From an uncultured Gemmatimonadales bacterium (GTDB lineage: Bacteria > Gemmatimonadota > Gemmatimonadetes > Gemmatimonadales > GWC2-71-9), in the NCBI GenBank assembly GCA_963798915.1, contig CAWCVB010000003.1:120282-184281 (forward strand): a stretch of DNA of 64,000 bases, read 5' to 3'. Under the pieces are notes generated by a model, which saw only the letters and a list, made by a program, of their open reading frames with translations, ran no database searches and was not told the DNA's origin. The first letter of the stretch is position 1. The number at the start of each line of letters is the position of its first letter. Made by a program: the position numbers and the translations under genes. Shown here piece after piece: positions 29,895-38,981 of the stretch.

Positions 29895-30695
29895 CTACTC
29901 CGGCCGGCGCATCTCCGTCCACCGGTTGGTGGCATCCAGCACCGCAAAAACCGCCGCCCGCTCGGCGCTTTCCTTGATCTCCGCCGAGCCGGTGAGGAGC
30001 AGGGAATCCCGCCCCCCCAGCCCCTGCACGCCCACGAACGCAAACTGCCGCTCGAACGCCTCCACGATGCGCGCGCCTTCCAACCCCAGCGCCACCGTGG
30101 CACTCACGTCCGCCAGCAGGCGATCGAGGACGGTGACCGCCGCCTTGGCCGCAGCCTCGACCCGGCTCCTCGGCGTGTCACTCGATTCCTCCGAGGCCAT
30201 TTCGGTCTGGCTCCGATAGCTGAGCGTCACCTGGATGCCGATCCGGTGGGGCCGCTGTCCAGGGGCCACCGTCAGGTTCTCGAACAGGACCGCACGGCGC
30301 AGCACCTGCTCCCGCACCGCCGTCTGCTCCAGCGCCTCCAGCGGCCTCACCTCCGCCGTCTGCGCCACGCTGATCTTCCTATGATCCACCCGAAGTCCGA
30401 GTTGCGCCAGCAGCGCCGACTCGATGTTCCGCACCAGTTGCTTGGGCTGCAATCCCGACTGCGCCAGGATGTGCACCTCGCTCACCTCACCCAACGGGGT
30501 GGTCACCACCCGCGCCGAGAGAATGCCCTCGAGACTGGTGAGCAGGTTCTCGGCCCGGCGTACCCCCCATGGATCCGGAATGGACTCGTTCGGAGTCTTG
30601 CCCGGATTGGTGGTCGCGCCCTGATGCCTGGCTGAGTATGGTCCCGTCACTGGTGCTCCGTATTCGGGTAATTCGCGCCACTTGTCGTCGGTCAT
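29895..30695 (-). CDS. Hypothetical protein; C-terminus resembles the LeuA allosteric/dimerisation domain
   Basis: EGILSARVV..SEVHILA..PKQLVRNIESAL..DHRKISVAQ; C-terminal LTGSAEIKESAERAAVFAVLDATNR. Confidence 0.8.
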   Translation of the reverse strand: MTDDKWRELPEYGAPVTGPYSARHQGATTNPGKTPNESIPDPWGVRRAENLLTSLEGILSARVVTTPLGEVSEVHILAQSGLQPKQLVRNIESALLAQLGLRVDHRKISVAQTAEVRPLEALEQTAVREQVLRRAVLFENLTVAPGQRPHRIGIQVTLSYRSQTEMASEESSDTPRSRVEAAAKAAVTVLDRLLADVSATVALGLEGARIVEAFERQFAFVGVQGLGGRDSLLLTGSAEIKESAERAAVFAVLDATNRWTEMRRPE

Positions 30696-30742
30696 CGGTC
30701 TTCAGTCGTCAAACGCACCCGACGACCGAAGACTGACGGCCA

Positions 30743-32428
30743 TCATGCCACCACGTTTCGCCCGGCCGCCTTTGCACGGTACAACGCCCGGTCGGCCGTG
30801 ACCAGCAGGTCACCCTCGCCCGGCTGCTTGGGATCGAACTCGGCAATGCCGCAGCTCACCGTGATGAGTCCCGACTCGTAGCCCAGCCGCCGGCCCACCC
30901 CTTCGATGCCGGCCCGCAGCGCCTCGGCCACCCGGGTGGCACCGGCCAGGTCGGTCCGGGTCAGGATTACCACAAACTCGTCGCCGCCGTACCGGGCCGC
31001 CACGTCCGAGGCACGCACCGCATTCCGGACCTCCCCCGCGGCAGCCCGCAGGATTTCGTTGCCGGCCTCGTGCCCGTAGGTGTCGTTGACCTGCTTGAAT
31101 CGATCGAGATCCAGGAAAAGTACAGCAAAGGTCTCGCCATTCCGGCGGGATCGCTCGATTTCGAAGGACAGCCGGTCCCGGAGCACCCGGTAGGTGGACA
31201 ATCCGGTCAGGAGATCCACCGCGGCGGCCTTCTGGGCCTCCTCAGCCCGGCGCTCCTGGTACGGCAGGCACTGCCGGAGCGTGGCCCGGCCGGCGGCGGC
31301 CACTTCGGCAAATTTTTGACAGGTGTCAAATCCGCATGCACCGCAGTCCCACGGCCGACCGTTGGGCCCCAGCCCGATGGCACCCAGGATGGCGGTCACT
31401 GTCTCGCTGTCCGGTTGCATTCGCTCAGGCCGGATGTCAAAGACCGCGCCGACGCTCGCCACCACGGTGCGATCGAGCACCGGCGTCGGCGCCCGCGGGG
31501 GCTCGGTGCTGGCGATGAGCGCCCGGCGCCAGAAAAGCTGGTCCTTGGGCCCGGCGAGCGGGTGGTCCAGCAGCCCCTCGTAGGAGAGGATATCCACGAA
31601 CCCCAGGTCCATCCGGTCCACGCTCACCGCCCGGGCAATGGCCGGGAGCTGGTCCAGCCCGCGCACCATGCGGAAGCGCCCGCTCGCCTGCTTGAACTCT
31701 TCCAGCAGTTCGAGCGGCATGCCGCCGGCCGCGCTCAGGTGCCGGCGCCGCTCCTCGGGCACCCGATTGAACCAGGTAGGCTGGGCCAGGATGTTCACCC
31801 CCCGCGCCCGCAGCACCTCTTCCAGGTCACCAAAGGTGATCGCGGCATCCAGGTCAGGCGCGCCCTCGGCGGCATTGACCCCGGCATGAACGATCTGCAA
31901 CCCCGGCCCGAACCGAACCCGAAGGTGGCGGGCCTCGGCCACCGACGGTGTCGTGACAGGAGCGAGATAGGGAATCAGTTCTGGGTACTGGGCGCGAATG
32001 GTGTCCACCACGACCGGGTCGGTGGAACGAATGAGAGTGCCCCAGGGTTCATCCCGCCACAACTTGAGGTATTCGGCGGCAACCAGCTCGTCGCCGATGA
32101 CGCCCCGCGTGACGGTCCGGAACCCCGCCTCATAACAGCCGTTGACCACCTGTTCCGGCGTGGCGGGGTAGAAATGGGCCACCATCTCGGGGCTGAGGAT
32201 CAGGATACCGTCGCCCTGCGCGGCAATGGCCAGGGCACGCCCGACCTCGCCGTTGACCCGGACCGCGTCGTGCGGGCACACGGAGTAGCACTGGCCGCAA
32301 CGGATGCACAGTTCGTCAACCACCTGCAACAGCGGAGCCTCGCCGGCCACCGCGATCGCATCGGTGGGGCAGTCACGGACGCATGCCAAGCATGCGACAC
32401 ACGATTCCGCGTCGATCACGAAGTGCAA
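30743..32428 (-). CDS. Diguanylate cyclase with 2x[4Fe-4S], [FeFe]-hydrogenase-like and FeS domains
   Basis: CVACLAC..CP, CIRCGQC..CP, DCGACGFDTC..CLPY; DLDRFKQVND, RASD I-site, RYGGDEF. Confidence 0.9.
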   Translation of the reverse strand: MHFVIDAESCVACLACVRDCPTDAIAVAGEAPLLQVVDELCIRCGQCYSVCPHDAVRVNGEVGRALAIAAQGDGILILSPEMVAHFYPATPEQVVNGCYEAGFRTVTRGVIGDELVAAEYLKLWRDEPWGTLIRSTDPVVVDTIRAQYPELIPYLAPVTTPSVAEARHLRVRFGPGLQIVHAGVNAAEGAPDLDAAITFGDLEEVLRARGVNILAQPTWFNRVPEERRRHLSAAGGMPLELLEEFKQASGRFRMVRGLDQLPAIARAVSVDRMDLGFVDILSYEGLLDHPLAGPKDQLFWRRALIASTEPPRAPTPVLDRTVVASVGAVFDIRPERMQPDSETVTAILGAIGLGPNGRPWDCGACGFDTCQKFAEVAAAGRATLRQCLPYQERRAEEAQKAAAVDLLTGLSTYRVLRDRLSFEIERSRRNGETFAVLFLDLDRFKQVNDTYGHEAGNEILRAAAGEVRNAVRASDVAARYGGDEFVVILTRTDLAGATRVAEALRAGIEGVGRRLGYESGLITVSCGIAEFDPKQPGEGDLLVTADRALYRAKAAGRNVVA

Positions 32429-32464
32429 AAATGGCCGCCCTGGTCAATTGGATGGGTGGCTCGC

Positions 32465-32494
32465 AATATGCGCGTTCACGTTCAACAATGTCAA
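32465..32494 (-). promoter_or_regulatory. Candidate sigma-70 promoter of the DGC operon
   Basis: TTGACA-N18-CATATT, 36 nt upstream of the start. Confidence 0.5.
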
Positions 32495-32578
32495 GAGGTG
32501 AGCGGTCGCAAAGCGTGGCAAGATCGCAACTTAGCCGTTGAGGCGCTGCATCATGAAACCACGCGGCACCGGTCTAAA

Positions 32579-34087
32579 TCATTCCAGCGAATAGGCTTTG
32601 ATCTTCCGGTACAATGTTCGCTCCCCGATCCCCAGCTGCTCTGCGGCCCGGCGCCGGTTTCCCCGCGCCTCCCGGAGCGCCGCCCCGATCGCCGCCTTTT
32701 CCACCTCTTCCATGGTCATGCCGGAGCGGTAGACGACGTCCTCATCGGTGTCCTGCTCGGCAATCTGGGACAGCTCGCCGACGATCGGGTTATCGGACAG
32801 CTCGATGACTCGGACCCGTGGGGGCCCATCGTCCAGCCGGCGGCGCAGTTCCTCTACCTGCAGGCGCAGGTCCACCAGGTTCCGGAGGATGAACTCCAGT
32901 TCCTGACTCCCCATGCCATTCTCCCGGATCATCTGGGGCACGCGCACCGGCAGCAGTGCCGGCCCCTCGAAGATGTCGGGCGGGATGTCGCTGGCCCGGA
33001 TCTCGGTGCCCGGCGCCAAAACCACCATGCTCTCGATCAGGTTGCGAAGCTGGCGGACGTTGCCGGGCCAGGGAGCGTTGACCAGCCGCTCCATGGCTTC
33101 CGGCGCAATGCCACGGAAGGTACGGTCATGCAGGCGGGCAAATTCCCGCGTAAAGCGGCGAACCAGCAGCGGGATATCGCCCCGCCGCTCGCGCAGCGGC
33201 GGCAGATAGATGTTGAGCACGTTGAGCCGGTAATACAGGTCGTCACGGAATTCGCCCAGCGCCACCAGGTCCTTGAGCGCCCGATTCGTGGCCGTGACGA
33301 CCCGGACATTGACCCGGATCGGCTGGGTGCCTCCCACCCGGAAGAAGCTGCGGCTCTCCAGCACGCGGAGCAGCTTCACCTGCACGTTGAGCGGCAAATC
33401 GCCGATCTCGTCCAGAAAGATCGTGCCGCCATCCGCCAGCTCGAACCGCCCGAGCCGTCGTTCGGCCGCGCCGGTAAAGGCGCCCTTCTCGTGGCCAAAG
33501 AGTTCGCTTTCGAGCAACGACTCCGGCAGCGCTGCGCAATTGACCGCGATGAAGATCTTGCCTCGCCGAGGCGACAGGTCATGCAGCGCCTTGGCCACCA
33601 GTTCCTTCCCGGTGCCACTCTCGCCCTGGATGAGCACCGTGCTGGTGACCGGCGCCATCTGCTCGATCTTGACCAGCACTTCCTGGATGGCTTCGCTCTC
33701 GCCGGCAATGCCGGTGCGTTCCTGAAGCTGCCGCCGCTCGATCAGTCGGCGGGCCAGGCCGGTCAGCTCATCGGCTGACGCGGGCTTGAGCAGGACGTCG
33801 GTGGCCCCCAGGCGACTGACCCGGTCAGCCCGATCGGAATCCGTCGACTCCAGCAGCGCCAGCGTGGACGCCTCGGCCTCGCGCGCCAGTGCCATGAGGT
33901 GACGGGCAGGCGGCTCGTAGAGCGCGCCGGTAAGGATGATCAGCTCAGGGTGCTCCCGCCGGAGCGCGCCTGGTGCATCATCGAGCGAACTGACCATTGC
34001 CGTGCTGAACCCGGCCGCCTCCAGCGCCGCGTTGGCGCGGACGGCGGTTTCGAGATCGTCCATCGTGATGAGGATCTGGCTGGCCAT
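32579..34087 (-). CDS. Sigma-54-dependent activator (NtrC family) with atypical receiver
   Basis: GESGTGKE, GAFTGA, FLDEIG, WPGNVRQL, C-terminal Fis-type HTH. Confidence 0.93.
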   Translation of the reverse strand: MASQILITMDDLETAVRANAALEAAGFSTAMVSSLDDAPGALRREHPELIILTGALYEPPARHLMALAREAEASTLALLESTDSDRADRVSRLGATDVLLKPASADELTGLARRLIERRQLQERTGIAGESEAIQEVLVKIEQMAPVTSTVLIQGESGTGKELVAKALHDLSPRRGKIFIAVNCAALPESLLESELFGHEKGAFTGAAERRLGRFELADGGTIFLDEIGDLPLNVQVKLLRVLESRSFFRVGGTQPIRVNVRVVTATNRALKDLVALGEFRDDLYYRLNVLNIYLPPLRERRGDIPLLVRRFTREFARLHDRTFRGIAPEAMERLVNAPWPGNVRQLRNLIESMVVLAPGTEIRASDIPPDIFEGPALLPVRVPQMIRENGMGSQELEFILRNLVDLRLQVEELRRRLDDGPPRVRVIELSDNPIVGELSQIAEQDTDEDVVYRSGMTMEEVEKAAIGAALREARGNRRRAAEQLGIGERTLYRKIKAYSLE

Positions 34088-34100
34088 GGGGGAACTTAGG

Positions 34101-34136
34101 CGGGAAGACGGGAAGACGGGAAGACGGGAAGACGGG
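34101..34136. repeat. Octamer array (GGGAAGAC) x4
   Basis: Visible directly; inverted copy inside topA at 53786-53803. Confidence 0.9.
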
Positions 34137-34154
34137 CAGAATCCACAGCAGCGC

Positions 34155-34409
34155 GTCACTCTGAGCGAAGCGAAGAGGCCGGAGACCGAAACTGCGAGCA
34201 CGTCTTGTACGCACTGCCAGCGCATGGACCATCCGGTCCTGGCTAGAGCCCGATACGCAATCCGAGAAACACGCTTCGCCGCCAGATGGCGCGAGGTTCA
34301 TGATTTTCAGGAAGCTCATGCCGATGCGCCCAGGACGACGGGGTGACGCCGAGCTCTCCTGACATTTCCAAGTCTCTGCTCTTCGGCCGCTGCGCGGGCT
34401 CGGAGTGAC
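34155..34409. repeat. REP-like inverted pair GTCACTCTGAGC..CGAAGAG / CTCTTCG..GCTCGGAGTGAC
   Basis: Complementary ends bracket about 200 nt of non-coding DNA. Confidence 0.65.
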
Positions 34410-34415
34410 AATTCC

Positions 34416-34568
34416 TCAGCCGCCCCCGTGGCCCCCTCCTGCGGTCCCGCGCAATTGCTCCACCGCATGATTCAGCAGTCCCGCGAGGACGTTCAATCCG
34501 TCGCGCACGCCGGAGCGACTGCCGGGCAGGTTGATGATGAGGGTCCTGGCTCGGGTGCCGGCCACACC
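34416..34568 (-). pseudogene. Orphan, diverged copy of the mog/moaB 3' end
   Basis: GVAGTRARTLIINLPGSRSGVRDGLNVLAGLLNHAVEQLRGTAGGGHGGG*; 30 of the first 41 aa identical to the mog C-terminus; no start codon. Confidence 0.85.
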
Positions 34569-34956
34569 AGGATGCTGGGATTGCTACTTCGGCAATAGAA
34601 CTCGGGCACCTCGGACAGCGCATCCCAGTGAGCGGCGGCCCGCCACTGGTTGATGGCACCGGCCATCGCACCGCTGTCGGCCGAATTCTAGGCCCCGCTT
34701 GATATCTGCGCATTGCGGGGCCACGACGCTGTGAAATTGGAAAGGCCCGTGACGTGGCACACCAGCAAATGGAAGTTCAGCCCCTCAATAACGCGGGGGG
34801 GGGCGGTGGGCAGGTCCTGGGCGCAGGCCCAGAGCGAGACCAGCAGCCCGGGGGGCCTTGCGAGGTACGGCTTTCCGAACCAGATCTAGCGGCGGGCATG
34901 CAGCTGCCTTCGCCGCTGCGGTGCTCGCAGTAACACCGCCCATGGAGGTAATCCCC

Positions 34957-37139
34957 ATGTATCTCCAGCTCCGCACTCCGGCTGCCATCGCATCACTCCA
35001 ATATCCGGGTAATGCGCTGAAAGTGCCGGGATATTTCGCTTTGCTCATGCTGATCTTGACGGCCACTGCCGTCGCCCAGTCCCAAGAACCGCCGGTCGCC
35101 CGCCAAGTGGACACCGTCGACCACGTGTTTGGCCTGACCATGCCTGATCCGTACCGCTGGATGGAGGGCGAGAACAACGCCGAGTTCAGCGCTTGGCTCA
35201 CAGCGCAAGGAGCGGCCTCGCGCCGCAAGCTCGATTCGCTGCCCACACTGGCCAGTTGGCGCGAGCGGCTGACCGGGGCCGCGGGGGCTACCACGAGGCA
35301 TAGCAGCCACCGGCAAGTGGGCGGGCGGCTGTTCTTCCTGCGCGCGCCCGCCGGCAAGGAAGCGATGCTGATGGTCCGCGAGCCCGACGGCCGCGAGCAC
35401 GTCATTGTCGATCCCGCCAAAGACCCAGGCAGCAGCCTGAGAAAGTACAGCGTGTCGCCGGACGGCGCCAAGGTCGCCGTTAATATCGGCCACGGCGGCA
35501 ACGAAATCAGCGAGCTCGCGCTGTTCGACATCGTCACCGGCACACGGTTGCCGGACACCCTCAAGCCGGTATGGAGCGAGTTCGACGCGAACTGGCTGCC
35601 GGACGGCAGCGGATTCTTCTATACCCGCATGCGTGACATCCAGCCGGGCGATGCGGACCCGCGCAGGGGACGGCCGCCTACCTGCACCGGCTCGGCCAGC
35701 CCCAGGCGAACGACCGCCTGATCGCTCGCGCCGGCGCCGATGATGCGCTCAAGATTCCGGCGCACGACTTCCCCATCATGTGGCTCCAGCCGAACAGCGA
35801 CTGGATCGGACTGGTCATCGGCGGTGCCCGCGCGTCGCAGGGCACCTGCTTGGCGCCACGCGCGGAAGTCTTGGCCGGCAACCCGAAGTGGCGCTGCCTG
35901 ATCGACGTGGCCGACAACGTGCAGAGCGGCGCGCTGCATGGGAACACGCTGTACATGCTGTCGGCGAAGGATGCGCCGAACCGGCGTATTCTGGCGCTCG
36001 ATCTCAGCGATCCGAAAGCACGCTGACTGATGCGCGGGTCGTCGTACCCGAACGCACCGATGCCGTGCTGACCGATCTGGCTGCCGCGTGCGACGGGTTG
36101 TATCTCAAATTGATGCGCCATGGCCTGGACCACATCGAACGGATGGATTATGCGAGCGATGCGCTCCATCCAGTCGCCATGCCGGGCGACGGCACCGTCG
36201 CGCTCATGCGGACCGATCCGCGGCAGGATGGCGCCTTGCTGTCGCTGGAAGGCTGGATCACGCCCCGCAAGGTCTATCGGTACAACCCGGCCAGCGGCAA
36301 GCTTACCGACACCGGCCTCGGCACGCTCGGTGCGCCGGTGTATGCAGAGGGACCGCTGAGGAGATCGAAGCTACCAGCGCCGATGGCACCAGGGTGCCAC
36401 TGAGTGTGATTCACCCACGGGCGCTCGCCAGGGACAGCACCGCGCGCGCCATCGTCTTCGGTTACGGTGGCTACGGCATGAGCATGCAACCGTTCTTCGC
36501 TCCGCTCTTCCAGGAATGGCCCAAGGCGGGCAATGTGATGGCCATCTGCCATGTGCGCGGCGGCGGTGAAAACGGCGACGCCTGGCGCACCGCCGGCACC
36601 GGCCCCAACAAGCAGCGCGGCATCGAAGATTTTATCGCCTGTGCTAAGGAACTGACCAGACGCGGCTACAGCAGTCCGCCGCGCACGGCGGGCTTCGGCG
36701 GAAGCATGGGTGGCATCCTGACTGGTGGCGCCTACACGACCGCGCCGGCGGCGTGGGGCGCGATGATGGTGCAATCGGGCATCTTCAATTCGGTGCGGCT
36801 GCTGGCGGCCAAGAACGGCGCCAATCAGATCGCCGAGATGGGCGATCCGCGCACCGCGGAAGGGATGAAGCAGTCTGTTGGCGATGGATCCATACCAGCA
36901 CGTCCGTGACGGGACAACGTATCCGCCGCTGCTATTGGTCACGGGGGCGGTTGATCAGCGGGTGGCGCCGTAGGAACAGCGGAAAGTTCGGTGCGAGGGT
37001 GATGGCGGTGTCACCGGCCACACCGGTCTGGTTCCGCACTGACGACCAGTTTGGCCACTTCGCGACCAACGCCAACGTTGCGGCGCTGGAATTGGCGGAT
37101 GTCTTTGCTTTCGCCGATGCGCAGACGAAGGCACCTTGA
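34957..37139 (+). pseudogene. Prolyl oligopeptidase (S9A), about 5 frameshifts (true decay or read error)
   Basis: SD GGAGGT; DPYRWME, GYGGY, HVRGGGE, GGSMGG, GAVDQRV, FGH spread over several frames. Confidence 0.85.
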
Positions 37140-37317
37140 AGATGGCGCTAACCCGGATCCCCGCCCACGTCCTGCCCCCGCGCGCGCCACGGTACGGCCA
37201 GTTCTCAGCGCCGCGAGGCCATCCCGCACACTGCCCAACTTCCCGAAGCAGGCAGGAAGATCCTTCAGTCGCTGCGCGACCTCTGCATGACACGCGCACA
37301 CTCACCGCGCTCCACTC

Positions 37318-37810
37318 TCAGCGCCCATGCCCCCCTCCCGCACCCTCCCCGCGGATCAGCCCCACCGCATGCCCGATCAGTGGCGCCAGCACGTCGAGCC
37401 CGTCGCGCACACCGCTGGGGCTGCCGGGCAGGTTCACGATCAGCGTCCGGCCCCGCACGCCGGCCACGCCGCGTGACAGCACGGCATACGGCACTTTCGG
37501 ATAATTCGCTAAGACGAATCGCCTCGGCGATGCCGGGCGCTTCGCGGGTCAGAACCGGTTGGGTTGCCTCTGGCGTGACATCGCGGGCTGCGAGGCCGGT
37601 GCCGCCAGTGGTGAGCACCAGATCAGCGGAGTCGTTATCCGACCAACGCAAGAGCCACTCGCTGATGCGCTGGCGCTCGTCAGGCACCATCTCCCGCGCT
37701 ACCACGTCGTAGCCCTGCGCCATGGCCCACTGAGCAATGGCGGGGCCGGAGAGATCTTCCCGCTCGCCTCTGCTCCCGGCGTCCGAAATGGTGAGCACGG
37801 CGATACGCAT
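37318..37810 (-). CDS. mog: MogA/MoaB molybdopterin adenylyltransferase; frameshift near 37511
   Basis: VLTISD, DLSGP, TTGGTG..RDVTPEAT; continues as LSRGVAG..VNLPGSP in another frame. Confidence 0.9.
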
Positions 37811-37815
37811 GACGC

Positions 37816-38919
37816 TTACTTCGCCTTGTGGACCGAACCGCTGGTGTAAAATGGCCGGGTCACCACTTCCGCCGGCACGTTTTGTCCCCGGATTTCGATC
37901 TCGAACGTTGTGCCAGGCTTGGTGTTGCCGGCCGGCAGGTAGGTGGTGCCAATGCCGTAGCCCAGCGAGGGACTCACCGTCCCACTGCGCACGACATCCA
38001 CCTGGCGCCCGTCAAACCAGACCGGGTATCCGTGGCGGGGAAAGGTCTTCCCTTCGGTCCTGAAGCCAACCATTCGCCGGGTCACGCCCCGCTCCTTCTG
38101 GGCCTTCAACGCCCCGGCGCCAGTGAACGGGGCACCCTTGTCGAGCTTCACGATCCAGCCGAGACCGGCCTCGAGAGGCGTGACGGTATCATCGATTTCA
38201 TTTCCGTAAAGGGCGTAAGCCATTTCCAGCCGCAGCGAATCGCGCGCGCCGAGGCCGATCGGCACCGCCCCCGCCGCGGTGAGCGCCGTCCAGAGTGCTG
38301 GCGTGTCCGCCGCACGACAATAAAGCTCGAACCCATCCTCCCCGGTGTAGCCGGTGCGCGAGACAAAGCAGCCCGCGCCCGCCACGCGACCGCTGGTGAA
38401 GTGATAGTACGCCACGTCGCGCAGTCTGACGTCGGTCAGTGGCTGCAGTACGGCTTCGGCCCTGGGCCCTTGCAATGCCAGCAGCCCGGTGTCGTCGGAG
38501 ATGTCCCGCAGCCGCACGTTGGCGCCGACCTTGAGGTCCACGATGTGCTTCCACGCCTTTTCCCGGTTCGATGCGTTCACCACGATCATGATCTTGTCGT
38601 CGAAGCGGTAGACCGTGCAGTCGTCCACGAAGGTGCCCTCCCTCGTGAGGATGGCGGAGTACTGCACCTGGCCGGATGCCAGTGCGCCGACGTCATTACA
38701 GGTGACCCGGTTGACGAACGCATTCCGGTCCGGCCCCGTGACTTCGAACTCGCCCATGTGAGAGACATCAAAGATGCCCACGTCGGCGCGCACCGCCTGG
38801 TGCTCGGCGGTGATGCCGGTGGGATACTGGACCGGCATCTCGTAGCCGGCAAAGGGCACCATCCTGGCGCCGAGGGCAAGGTGGGCGGAATGGAGAGGGG
38901 TATGTCTGAGAGAGGTCAT
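37816..38919 (-). CDS. gcvT: Glycine cleavage aminomethyltransferase
   Basis: FAGYEMPVQY, FDVSHMGE, SRTGYTGEDGFE, GLGARDSLRLE. Confidence 0.97.
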   Translation of the reverse strand: MTSLRHTPLHSAHLALGARMVPFAGYEMPVQYPTGITAEHQAVRADVGIFDVSHMGEFEVTGPDRNAFVNRVTCNDVGALASGQVQYSAILTREGTFVDDCTVYRFDDKIMIVVNASNREKAWKHIVDLKVGANVRLRDISDDTGLLALQGPRAEAVLQPLTDVRLRDVAYYHFTSGRVAGAGCFVSRTGYTGEDGFELYCRAADTPALWTALTAAGAVPIGLGARDSLRLEMAYALYGNEIDDTVTPLEAGLGWIVKLDKGAPFTGAGALKAQKERGVTRRMVGFRTEGKTFPRHGYPVWFDGRQVDVVRSGTVSPSLGYGIGTTYLPAGNTKPGTTFEIEIRGQNVPAEVVTRPFYTSGSVHKAK

Positions 38920-38981
38920 CGGTCGTCAGTCATCTGTCGTTGGTTGTGAACGAGTGGCCTTCGGTCGTCAGTCCTTGGTCG

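Noticed and set aside
31070..33778. 902-aa plus-strand ORF and similar long antisense ORFs (49906-51633, 56140-57714, 59304-60761)
   Set aside because: Shadow frames of well-supported minus-strand genes in high-GC DNA; no recognisable motifs
22208..34872. Shared 12-mer CGAGGTACGGCT in two intergenic regions
   Set aside because: Repeated 12-mers are expected by chance in 64 kb of GC-rich DNA; flanks do not align
34790..34900. Possible riboswitch or SRP RNA upstream of the peptidase
   Set aside because: Hairpins present but no SRP, c-di-GMP or Moco consensus that I can recognise
36971..36973. In-frame TAG in the prolyl oligopeptidase as recoding
   Set aside because: Removing one base gives TGG and restores VAPWNSGKF; an indel explains it better
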